Assembly: GCA_964016885.1 (NCBI GenBank)
Contig: OZ024743.1
Location: 89,900,001 to 89,964,000, forward strand
Direction of reading: 5' to 3'
DNA length: 64,000 nucleotides
From: Eledone cirrhosa
Taxonomy: Eukaryota
The position numbers were made by a program, and so were the translations under genes. The first letter of the stretch is position 1. Every line of letters begins with the position of its first letter. Positions 12,825 through 24,904 of the stretch are shown here, piece after piece. Under the pieces are notes generated by a model. That model did no database searches. It saw only the letters and a list, made by a program, of their open reading frames with translations, and had not been told where the DNA came from.

Positions 12825-13250
12825 GTATATATATTTGTTTTGCAAGATTTTTGATATGAAATCGTGTGTCGAAACAAATATTATTATACTTGGGGAGGGT
12901 CATATTGTTGTAATATTGCCAGAAATAATAACAGAATACACTCACTGTTTGGTTAGTTTTCGCTTCTGTATCTCTTATATCTCCATAGTTAATTTATTTG
13001 GAAATTAATGTTTTTCATTGATTGATCAGCTGTTGAAATACAGATATAAAGAACTTTGATAGACTATATATATATATTTATATCTGTATTTTTAACTGCT
13101 GGTCAATCAATGATAAACGTTGATTGACAAATAAATGAACTATTGAGATATAAAAGATACAGAAGCGAAAACCAACCAAACAGTGGGTGTCTTCTGTTAT
13201 TATTTCTGGCAATATCACAACAATATGACCCTCACCAAGTATAACAATAT
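12825..13250. mobile_element. Fold-back element family C
   Basis: Diverged inverted arms at about 12868-13049 / 13077-13250; same terminus as 7081-7441. Confidence 0.75.
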
Positions 13251-13266
13251 ATATATATATATATAT

Positions 13267-13359
<93 letters not shown>

Positions 13360-13749
13360 GTCCCTCATCAGTGATTTTGCCAACCATCATTGGTATTTCA
13401 TCGCATTAAAAATCAGATACCTCAGGTTGGTGCGAGCAATAACTAAAATAAGCTATTGGGACAAGTGAAACGCGTAAAGCGAGTGAGACAAGTAAACAAC
13501 AGAAGGAAAAGCAAACCGAAGGTTGGAAAACAGCAAGCCACATGGTAGTTATCCGATCAGCATGACACTTTTTCTCTCGACTGACCTCTTCCTCGCACTT
13601 CCACTCACTCACTCTCTGTTTCTCCCCTTCTCACTTCCTCCCGTTCCCTACTAGTGGGGTTCCTTCTTTCTCACACCGCACTCACGGCGTACGGTCTGCT
13701 TCTCTGACCGCTCATGAAATTCACCCAGCTTATGCTGATCGGATAACTA

Positions 13750-14698
13750 CCAATTTGCATAGAACGTGAGTCATTGTACGCACCGGTTCAGCGGAAACGA
13801 TAAAAACAAATAACGAAACGAAATTAAATTTCGTTTCGCTTCTAACTCACTTTTGTATGACTGACGCTTAAACAATTAAGTTAAAGTGTACATCTACATA
13901 TGTATACGGAAGTATTAGTATGCATATAAATACACACATGTATACATATGTACATGTACTCAGCTTTTCACTAGACACTTTACAGTGAGTGTCAGCTAGT
14001 CTGTATGTAACCACACAGACGGACCGGGTTTTAGAGTCATACGGGTTTTCAAGGAAACACATTTCCTCTATTCTCCAGAGGGCCAGACAGGAACATTGGA
14101 CTAGTTTCGATGTTATTACATCTCATCAGCAATATTTACCCAAAGCTGAGTACATGTACATATGTATACATGTGTGTATTTATATGCATACTAATACTTC
14201 CGTATACATATGTAGATGTACACTTTAACTTAATTGTTTAAGCGTCAGTCATACAAAAGTGAGTTAGAAGCGAAACGAAATTTAATTTCGTTTCGTTATT
14301 TATTTTTATCGTTTCCGCTGAACCGGTGCGTACAATGACTCACGTTCTATGCAAATTGGTCTACCCACTACTAATTTTCATAGAAAAAGCATATAACGAT
14401 ATGTGCTTTTACAATTCTCCAGAGAAGCCGGAAGATGGGTAAATATTGCTGATGAGATGTAATAACATCGAAACTAGTCCAATGTTCCTGTCTGGCCCTC
14501 TGGAGAATAGAGGAAATGTGTTTCCTTGAAAACCCGTATGACTCTAAAACCCGGTCCGTCTGTGTGGTTACATACAGACTAGCTGACACTCACTGTAAAG
14601 TGTCTAGTGAAAAGCTGAGTACATGTACATATGTATACATGTGTGTATTTATATGCATACTAATACTTCCGTATACATATGTAGATGTACACTTTAAC

Positions 14699-14705
<7 letters not shown>
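13750..14705. mobile_element. HHR element family K: inverted copy + 1.2 tandem copies of a ~469-nt unit
   Basis: 13750-13967 is the reverse complement of 14142-14359, and 13880-14141 is the reverse complement of 14437-14705. AAAGCTGAGTACATG recurs at 14142 and 14611. Confidence 0.9.
14442..14486 (+). ncRNA. Type I hammerhead ribozyme (mirror copy 14092-14136 on -)
   Basis: AATATTG-CTGATGA-GATGT aata ACATC-GAAA-CTAG-TC-CAATGTT: canonical core, GUC cleavage triplet, palindromic stem III. Confidence 0.9.
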
Positions 14706-14737
<32 letters not shown>

Positions 14738-15121
14738 TATAGGTATACTATACAATATAAGTTTATGAATCAATAGTAGTATTCTGAGAGTGTTAAAAGT
14801 CAACGATACTGCTCCTCTTGTTATATTTCTCTCTTTCTTTCTCTTCTTTTCTCCCTCCCCCTCCCTCTCCCCCTCTCTCACTCCCTCTTCCACCCACCCC
14901 CTCTCTCACTCTCTTATGTTCTTATCTCTTGTCTTCTCTTTACTATATTCCTTTCTTACGTTCTTTAATAGTTTAATATTTTCATAGTATTTCAGTGTGA
15001 ATGGATTTTTATGAATGTCTTCAACGTCACACAACTACTGATAACCTAAAAGAATCTCTATTTATTTTCAATTTTCTATCTTATTTTTACTTTTATTTTT
15101 GCAATCACAACAAATCAAAAC

Positions 15122-15239
<118 letters not shown>

Positions 15240-16437
15240 ATGTGTGTGTGTGTGTGTGTGTGTTTAACGCTTCATATAATAGGAAAAGAGCCATGACGTT
15301 TCTAGGACACGGACACACACACACACACACACACACACGCATATATATATATATGTATATATATATACACAGAGGTATCCACAGTAAGTTGTGGGATCTA
15401 TTCTGTATGAAGAACTCAATGTAATCCATATGTTGAAAATGTTGTAGGTTAAGATAAATCTCGGAAAACAATAAAACATTAAAAGGAAAACAGAGTCATG
15501 ATATAAGTTAAAACAGTGAAATAAAAAATCAAGTCCTTAGAGATATACTTCACTGTTTTACGATCATTTCTAGATGGTGATAATACATTGAATCTATACT
15601 CAGTTATTGATCTATGTAAGTTTACAAACTCTCAGATAGAGGAAATATTTACTTACATGCATATCACCAGCTGATTTCAAAAGCAATAATAATTTTATTC
15701 AATAATAATTTTACTCAGAATTAGTATCATGTCCATATTTGAGGTAGTTGAAGAACTAACGAATCAAATTGTTTTTTTCATATGGTGTTAAGATGAAAAG
15801 TAATTCACTTTAGTTGAGGTCATGACCCTTTGAAAGGAATGGTTGAAAGGTGTTAGTAGAAATGGCATAAAAATCTATTAGGAAGGAAGGGGATTGTGAA
15901 ACTGATAGTTGAATGTATCTTGTATAGTGAATTTAAAAGGAATGTCAAAATAAATGGTGATTAGTGTTGTATTGAGTTTTAAGGTGAATATAAATTAATG
16001 TTATGGCTAGGAAAGATAGTATGTTAAAAGATGAAAATTATAATGAGATAATGAGATATAGTAATGCGATAATATACAACTTAACCAACAGAATATAGTA
16101 CGGTGTGATAAATTGCACTCAGTATAATATAACATATTATATATTATACGCTCTAAAATATTGCTAAGTATGTTTATGCATAAACAATCAAACTCAGATA
16201 AGTACATGTTGGCATAGTTAAAACACATAAATTTCATAGTCTACAAAATGCACATATTCACACTATATATAGAGAGAGGTACAGTTATATTGATATCTAA
16301 CCAAAATATACATACGTGCAAATAGATGCAAACCTAAATACACATCCACACGCATGCATATAATCATATATATACATATCCATACATATCTATATCCACA
16401 CATACACATCTATACCTCCATATATACATATACACAT

Positions 16438-16507
<70 letters not shown>

Positions 16508-16676
16508 TCATACATACATACATACATGCATGTACACACACATACACATACATACATACATACATACATACATACATACACACATACATACATACACATA
16601 TATATATATATACATATATATATACACATATATATATATATACATATATATACATATATATATATACATATACAAC

Positions 16677-16709
<33 letters not shown>

Positions 16710-16988
16710 CACACTTGTGTGAGTATATGTACACTCCTTTTACATGTGCACATACTCATATATAAACATTCATACACCTATACTCACATATATACACACA
16801 CACACATATATATATATATACATACACATACACACACATACATATATATATATACACATATATATACACACCCATATATATATATATATATACACACATA
16901 TATACACATACATACACATACACACATTTCATATACATATACAAGCATATACATATATACACATATACACATACATAAACATATATAA

Positions 16989-17080
<92 letters not shown>

Positions 17081-17082
<2 letters not shown>

Positions 17083-17507
17083 GAGGTGAGTTTTATTGTA
17101 GTACAATAAAGCAATGCAGATATCGGATAAGAAGCACTCTACAGTTTGTAGGACTGGAGTATACATAATATATAAGATCAAAAGATGGTTAAAAGAGTTC
17201 CATGTATTTTATTATGCGCATTTCAAAAACAAATATCACCATGCAATAATATTTGTGTTTTCATCAGATAAAATAGGAAGACATGATATGAAGGTTAAAA
17301 AACACTTGTGAATAGTGCCGTTTTAAATCAACATATCATATGTTGATTTAAAACTGCACTATTCACCAGTGTTTTTTTACCTTCATATCATGTCTTCCTA
17401 TTTTATCTGATGAAAACACAAATATTATTGCATGGTGATATTTGTTTTTGAAATGCGCATAATAAAATACATGGAACTCTTTTAACCATCTTTTGATCTT
17501 ATATATT

Positions 17508-17510
<3 letters not shown>
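17081..17510. mobile_element. Fold-back HHR element family A
   Basis: Arms centred at about 17336. HHRs at 17205-17275 (-) and 17399-17469 (+): TATTTTAT-CTGATGA-aaacacAAATATTATTGCATGGTGATATTTGttttt-GAAA-TGCGCA-TA-ATAAAATA. Confidence 0.9.
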
Positions 17511-17580
<70 letters not shown>

Positions 17581-18489
17581 AATATATACACACATAAATA
17601 TATTTCCATATCATACATAGATGTTTATTTTTACTCATGCAATTATGGGTGGGTGTGTATCTTGTTGCCTTTAGTCATTAACGCATAAATCTAAGGAAGC
17701 TAAAACATTAAAGGCAAAAATAAGCATGAAAGCATATAATTAGGGGAAATAGGTACTAATAAATGTTATTCTACACGGAATTATAGTGAGTTGCTATTTA
17801 GAATATTTAATTAGGTTTATAGTATTTAAATGTTTTTCGTATACGGTGATTACAGATTATGATCAATTCCTGTCTTTTATTTAATAAATCGTCCTTAGAT
17901 TTAGTAATTTCCAAGATCTCTCCTGAACATAATCTGCATTCCCTCCTGTTTCCAAGATATGGAGTTTTTTTGTAGAATGGTGTTCCACGATAACTTAAAA
18001 TCTATTTTTTTCTTTTTATAATTATTTACCGCTTCAGCTAAAGATGTGGTGTTTGCTAGTTTATTATTGTTGAAACTACTAGAGTGTGCGTAAAATCTTT
18101 TCTTAAATGTGTTTGATGTAGATCCTATATATGTTTTGTTGGAGTCTGTAGTAGACACAGTGCATTTATATATTACATTATTAATCAAACAGTTTCCATT
18201 TAAGGGGCAAATGCTTCTATTTCTGCAATTACAGCCATACGTAAGATGGTTTTGGGGGGTGCCTATACTATTCTCATTTATCCTTGAGCTATTCCTATTG
18301 TAATTAATGATAGCAGGAGAATGAAGGTTGCTTTGTGGGTGGTTTGGTACTAGAGTTGTATTATAATTTTGTGTTCTGTTGTTTTTGTGTTGGTGATTTG
18401 GGTGGTTGTGTTTTCTAGGTTGAAGGATTGTATTATTTGTCTTTTTAAAAGGTGCAGCCCTATTTAAATTATGTTGCGGTGGTTTGAAG

Positions 18490-18628
18490 CATAGAGTTGC
18501 GTCCCTTTATGATCTGAGTTCAAATCTCGCCGAGGTTAACTTTGCCTTTCATCCTTACGGGGTCGATAAAATAAAGTACCAGTAATGCACTGGGTAGTTG
18601 CTGGCCTTGTGCCTAAAGTAGAAACAAT
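18490..18628 (+). mobile_element. SINE S1 inserted into the Penelope ORF
   Basis: GAGTTCAAATCTCGCCGAGGTTAACTTTGCCTTTCATCCTTACGGGGTCGATAAAATAAAGTACCAG. Confidence 0.85.
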
Positions 18629-19600
18629 TATTTTAAAGTTTATAAATGTTGTAGTTGCTAATTTTTTGTTTGAGATTGTTTGATGTAGAGTATGAGAATT
18701 TAACAGTATATTTGTTAAGTATTTGGTGGTATCTGTGGTTTGGTGAAAAATGTTTATGTAGTATTTCAAAGAATTTTGGGGGGATTTGTCCAATAGTTTG
18801 CAGGTTGAAGGGTGCGTTGTACCATGTTCTCTCTATATATGTAGTGTGAATATGTGCACTTTGTAGACTATGAAATTTATGTGTTTTAACTATGCCAACA
18901 TGTACTTATCTGAGTTTGATTGTTTATGCATAAACATACTTAGCAATATTTTAGAGCGTATAATATATAATATGTTATATTATACTGAGTGCAATTTATT
19001 ACACCGTACTATATTCTGTTGGTTAAGTTGTATATTATCGCATTACTATATCTCATTATCTCATTATAATTTTCATCTTTTAATATACTATCTTTCCTAG
19101 CCATAACATTAATTTATATTCACCTTAAAACTCAATACAACACTAATCACCATTTATTTTGACATTCCTTTTAAATTCACTATACAAGATACATTCAACT
19201 ATCAGTTTCACAATCCCCTTCCTTCCTAATAGATTTTTATGCCATTTCTACTAACACCTTTCAACCATTCCTTTCAAAGGGTCATGACCTCAACTAAAGT
19301 GTATTACTTTTCATCTTAACACCATATGAAAAAACAATTTGATTCGTTAGTTCTTCAACTACCTCAAATATGGACATGATACTAATTCTGAGTAAAATTA
19401 TTATTGAATAAAATTATTATTGCTTTTGAAAACAGCTGGTGATATGCATGTAAGTAAATATTTCCTCTATCTGATAGTTTGTAAACTTACATAGATCAAT
19501 AACTGAGTATAGATTCAATGTATTATCACCATCTAGAAACGATAGTAATGCAGTGAAGTATATCTCTAAGGACTTAATTTTTTATTTCATTGTTTTAACT

Positions 19601-19631
<31 letters not shown>

Positions 19632-19704
19632 ATTGGAATACATATTTTCATTTCCAATGTAATGAAGTCTAAAAACATCTGACTGATAAATGACAAGTCA
19701 GTCA

Positions 19705-20516
19705 ATCATATTGGTGGCCTCCCCACAGCCCCGGCGGACAGAATGGAGAAGGCGTTTCCCCGGAGAACGACAAGGGAGACGCGCTGGAAAAGACATTCCA
19801 GCTCGCGAAGCTCACACCTGCGGTTGGCCAGCTCAGCGCCTATGGTGGTGAGTAGGGAGGTAGCCCTAGGATCGAGGACACCAGAAGTCTCCACTGCAAA
19901 AATGTCTACGGTGGATCCACAGCGACATTAGTGTGGCTCGCAGATCCGGAGGCCGAACCTCAAGGAAACGTCGATGCCCAGGCTATTGTTATCTAGCTGT
20001 GTGCCAGTGGAGAAGGAAGGCAAGGCATGGAGCCAAATACCACAATGGGGTTTGGAGGCCGCACTAAAACAGGCAAGGCGGGGCCAGTCGAGCTGGCGCG
20101 TGAGCCTGTCTGAAGCTAGGCTGCACTGGATGGCATCCCAAATGCTTGGTGGGACTTGACGTTAGCAGGGGCAGGAGGAGGGACGTCTACTGGGCTAAGT
20201 TTCAGCCGGTCCCACGTCTCACAGGCGGCATCACGTTCCCTGATCACACAGGGTTCCATTGTGTTTTGGAGAACCCTGCTGACGAAAACTCGGCATGAGG
20301 TTACCGACGAAAGAAACGCCGGCAAAGCCAGTGAGATCGGCGACCGGAAGCCAAGGCCGCCATACCTGACAGGTAAAGTGGCCGGTTGCCATCCAATGTC
20401 GTCAAACCTGACGTTGCATATCTCCTCGGCTGCTGCTCGGATACAAGTATCGAGGTCAGTGAGGAGAGATGCGTGGGTGTAACACGGAGCGCTGCGAAGG
20501 GTATAGAAGAACTCAG
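19705..20516 (-). mobile_element. CRE-clade retrotransposon, internally deleted 3' portion
   Basis: WQPATLPVRYGGLGFRSPISLALPAFLSS (post-RT region of CRE elements) and LFQRVSLVVLRGNAFSIL (C-terminus). Confidence 0.8.
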
Positions 20517-20676
20517 CAATAACCCAGTGCATTACTGGTACTTTATTTCATCGACCCCATAAGGATGAAAGGCAAAGTTAACCTCCGCGGGATTTGAACT
20601 CAGATCGTAAAGGGGCGCAACTCTATGTTAGAAATTATGGCGTCCGACCCCCTACCGATACTGCCAACTCACCGAG
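20517..20676 (-). mobile_element. SINE S1
   Basis: Matches 2385-2575. Confidence 0.85.
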
Positions 20677-20889
20677 CTCTAGAGTGTTGTGGCCCTTAAC
20701 TTCTCAGATTAATGACCAGTTCGGTGTCAAGTTGCAAACGGCTGAGACAAAGGCTTCGAAAAGTAGGACAGTATTAAGGTCTGAGAGAGGAGGCGGGAAA
20801 GATGGATAGATGGATATAGAGGGAGAAATAGAGATAGATAGAAGCTAAGAAGTTTCTTGTTTACTGTACGTGGAATATTTATATTAATG

Positions 20890-21360
20890 ACTTCTTCTTC
20901 TTCGCCCACTTATCCCTGATAAGGTCGTGGGGCAGAGTCCTCAAACACTTCTACCAGCGGGTCTTGTCAGAAGCAACTATCTGATCTGACTGGATCTCCA
21001 AGCGTGACCAGCCAAGCTCATAGATGTTATCCAACTATCTTGCTCAGGGTCTACCCCTCGATCTCCTGCTAGTTGGTTTTGCCCGTAAAATCTGTCCAGC
21101 CATTCTTTCCTAAGACATTCTAACCACATGCTCATAGTATCAGAGCTGTGATCTCTCAATTCGCAGGAGTAGTGGCTCTACTTGGAGTGACTCTCTGATC
21201 TCCAAGCTATGCACTCTATCGATTAACATTACTCCAAAGACCCTTCGGAGAAATCCCATTTCGGTCGCTTGTATTCGCGACCATATTCTTTCGGTCATTA
21301 CCCAAGATCCATAACTAGATCTAAGGGTTGGTCCAAATAGCGAATTGAAGATAGCGAGTT
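20890..21360 (-). mobile_element. RTE-like LINE 3' fragment
   Basis: Homologous to 3840-4240; short (GAA) tail. Confidence 0.65.
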
Positions 21361-21364
21361 TGGC

Positions 21365-21670
21365 TTAGTCGCCTTGGCCACAAACCCGGTACCGCAGCCG
21401 CAATGTAGAGGACAGGAGGACAAGCAAATGCCGGAGCTTTTCTGGCCACTTTCTCTTTGTATTGGTCGCAGTAGTGGCCTCTGATGTATTTAGACTCCGG
21501 ACAGCTGACCTCCTCCGTAAAATCGGATCGGTAGCAGCCCGTCTGAGGAAAGAGTCTAGCGAAGTGGGGTGGCTGTCGTAGCGGGTGTCGATGGACTTTA
21601 TCCACGGAAATGCGTTTCCCATTTTTCCGAGGGGCGCAACCAAAACACCCCTCTGACCTAGGTGCTACTA
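21365..21670 (+). mobile_element. CRE-clade 3' fragment (decayed)
   Basis: Plus strand reads ...LLRKIGSVAARLRKESSEVGWL..RVSMDFIHGNAFPIF, homologous to the other CRE C-termini. Confidence 0.6.
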
Positions 21671-21999
21671 GACTTTCTAGCAGCAAATATGCCGGGAAGA
21701 AATTTGACACCACATGTACCATCCGAATCTGCTTCGACTGTTGTGGAAAACACTATTGATAATAATAATAATCAAAAGTATGAACAATTGGAATTTTCCT
21801 TAACGAAATATTTCGGAGAGAAAGTAATTCATGTATAAACATTTCTCTTGCTGAACGTAATAAAACAACAATACTAAATAAAACAACAATACTAAATAAA
21901 ACCAAATAATGTATTATTACGTGCTATTGACGAAATAGGGGATGAATATTTACGACGAATTAAAACCCCAACATTTTGGCAAATCAACGCCTGTTTATA

Positions 22000-23740
22000 T
22001 ACCCTAGCAACAACAGTGAAACATTATCTTGGTGATAGCGGAGATATTAACAAGAACAAAACACCACCAAAAATACCATCATATATAACTAAAATAGAAA
22101 AAAGATTGCTGACCTGCGAAAAACTATAGGATATGTGACAATGCTCCTTACATGCAAACAAACACAAAAAAACCTCACTCCTCACCAACAAAGAGTGAAA
22201 AATAAAATAGAAATGATGTCTGGTGACAGTACAACCAGAATTCTTCAATATAAGCTGATCACCCTCAAATAAGAATTGAGAACTGTCAGCCAGAAATATC
22301 GATACCTGAAGAGGATAGATAAAAGAAGAGTACTTAATAAAAGACAGACGAAACCAAACATCAGTCTATAGAGATATGAATAGAAAAGTAATAAATGTCA
22401 CTGAGGCCCCATCCCAAAAGACATAGATTCCTTTTGGAAAAACATATGGAGTGAAAAGAAGAATTTCAACCAAGATGCAGTGTAGCTAAAAGAAATCCAA
22501 AAGAACTATTGATCCTACACTACAACAAAAACATACGAAATAAGTGAGGGTACCCTTGAGACTGTGATAGGAAAACTCCAAGTAAGAGAACAACAGGAAG
22601 AGACTTGATTGTCGACTACTGGTACAAAAAACTGATATTCTATCGGAGGTATCTTATCGACCTCTATCAACAAGTTCTCAAGTGATATACACATATACCA
22701 GAATGGTTAACATTAGCACAAACAATAATGGTCCCCAAAATCAAAGACACCCACCTGGCAAAAAACTACCGACCCATTGCATGCCAGAACCTGATGTATA
22801 AGTTGTATACAGCCTGCCTGAACCTATTCCTCCAAGATCACAGATGAACAAGCAGCTGGAAAGAATGGTATTTGGGGGTGTGCTGAACAATTCCTAGTTA
22901 ACAAAACTGCGATGTATGAGATGCGACAACTTAGGAGGAATATGGCTACAGTCTGGCTGGACGACAGGAAAGCATTTGTTTCTGTTCCCTACTCTTGCAT
23001 GATAGAGGCCCTCCAACTTGCTAAAGTCCCAGACATTATTATCAGAGCCATAGAGAAGCTGTCTTCTTCTTGGGCTACTATCCTAAAGTTAGAGACAGAG
23101 AAGAAGGACTCTATTTTCACTGATAAAATAGAATATCATAGGGGTATATTTCAAGGAGACAGTCTCTCTGTGATATTATTTATCCTGTCATTAAACCCCT
23201 TGTCCTTTGTGCTCAAGAAATGTGAAGGATACATCATTGACTCACAGGAGGACGGAAATACGAACTTAACCCATATTTTCTTTGTAGATGACCGGAAACT
23301 TTATGCTAAGAACATAAATAGGATGAAGAAAAATCTTGACCTGGTTACAACATTCTCAAAGGATGTAGGAATAGTTTGGCCAAGATAAATGCTCGTATAT
23401 GACTGTAAAGGGGAGAAAAACTACAACCCAATCTAACAACGTTTTTATCAATGGCCTAACTGTTTCACCGATATCTGACGAGGACGGCTACAGATACGTG
23501 AGGATAGATGAGAATATGTCCTATAATGGTATCTGTAATAAAGAACGCGTAACCAGGGAATATTACACCCGATTAAGAAAAATATGGTCATCGGAACTCT
23601 CTACGCACAATAAAACAGTGGTTCACAATGTCTTTGCTGTGCCTGTCCTAACACCAACGTCTGGAATACTCGATTGGCCAATAGACGAAATCTGAGCAAT
23701 TGATGTTAAAACTCGTAAAATTCTAAACTGTTTGGACCAA
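22000..23740 (+). pseudogene. R4/Dong-type non-LTR reverse transcriptase, decayed
   Basis: NYRPIACQNLMYKLYT, WLDDRKAFVSVP, RGIFQGDSLS, HIFFVDDRKLY, IWSSELS..NK; multiple stops and frameshifts. Confidence 0.85.
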
Positions 23741-23927
23741 CTGGAAGGTGTGTTTGAGGACTCTGCCTCCACGACCCTCTCATCAATATGTGGGTAAAGA
23801 AGAAGAAGAAGAAGAAGAAGAAGAAGAAGAAGAAGAAGAAGAAGAAGAAGAAGAAGAAGAAGAAGAAGAAGAAGAAGAAGAAGAAGAAGAAGAAGAAGAA
23901 GAAGAAGAAGAAGAAGAAGAAGAAGAG
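23740..23927 (+). repeat. RTE-like tail + (GAA)n microsatellite
   Basis: About 130 bp of pure (GAA)n after the RTE terminal motif. Confidence 0.8.
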
Positions 23928-24246
23928 GTCACCGTCGAAACCTCGGGTGTCCTCGCTACCCGAACTACCGTTTTCATCCGTCAAACTGGAAGGAGTGCAT
24001 ATCTCGCCTGAAATAAAAGCTCTGTAAGGTGGGCTTGCTGATGTAGCTGGCTGTTACCCGCGGCAATGCCTTCGCCATTGTATCCGCGATGTGTAGCTGG
24101 TATATACAACTTAGACAGATGTGTAGTGTCTGCCGTTCCCTCCACACTTTCCTTTACTTTCACTGTTTAACTCACCCAATCTTTCTTTTTCTTTTTTTAA
24201 TTGCAAATATTATATAACCCAATTTGGAGTTTATTGAATAAAAAAT
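23928..24246 (+). mobile_element. CRE-clade 3' fragment with 3' UTR
   Basis: VTVETSGVLATRT...AVTRGNAFAIV; ends in AATAAAAAA. Confidence 0.65.
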
Positions 24247-24904
24247 GTTAATAACGAAGTTAATATTAAACTATAGAAGGTTGATGGTTGGCAGAATTTG
24301 TGAGCGTCGGATAAACTGCCATTGCGGTATTTGTTCTATTGTTCTATTGTTCTAGCTCTCCTCGTTCTTAGGTCAACTTGACCTTTCATCCTTCCTGTTT
24401 CGATAAATAGAGCACCAGTCTGTGGTGCTATAATGAACTGGGGTTAATTTAATGAACTCCGTCCTTCCCTTCATGTCTGTTGGCCTATTCCCTTCTTGTT
24501 CTGCTTCTTCTTCTTCTTCTGAGAGAGAGAGTCGTGGAGCAAGAGTCCTCAAACACTCCTTCCAGCAGGTCCTGTCAGAAGCAACTGTATCCAACTGATC
24601 CCGGGATACCAGCCGAGTTCATGGATATTATGCAACCATCTTGCTCGGGGTGGGTCTTCTACGGTTGAATTTTGCTGTTAATTAATGTTTCTTGCAACGA
24701 AATGACGAAGTATAAACTAGTTTCTGTTCCCTTTATACACATAAAACGAACCAATCTGAATGAAATTTGTTTAAAATATTTATACATGTGTGAGATCTTT
24801 ATCTGTAGTTGCCCCTGAAAGGTTATCATAGGTTACATAACCTAACATTTCTAGAATGAATGATTTTAGCTGGTTATAACCACAAAATTGTGTTAGAGAA
24901 ATAT

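Larger units (their letters stand above)
15370..19605 (-). mobile_element. 5'-truncated Penelope-like element with inverted 5' copy of its 3' region; carries nested insertions
   Basis: Decayed ORF 18825->~17830 (WYNAPF...HKHFSPNH...VKFSYS; NVIYKCTV...TYIGSTSNTFKKRFYAHSSSF = GIY-YIG). Segment 15500-16275 is the reverse complement of 18830-19605. Confidence 0.8.

Noticed and set aside
13357-13380. Hammerhead (minus-strand CTGATGA; related sequence at ~41205-41220)
   Set aside because: Only the first half of the core is present; no GAAA or stem III follows.
16354-17181. Tyr/Ile/His/Thr ORFs here and at the many other (TA)n, (CA)n and (GA)n tracts
   Set aside because: Dinucleotide microsatellite translations.
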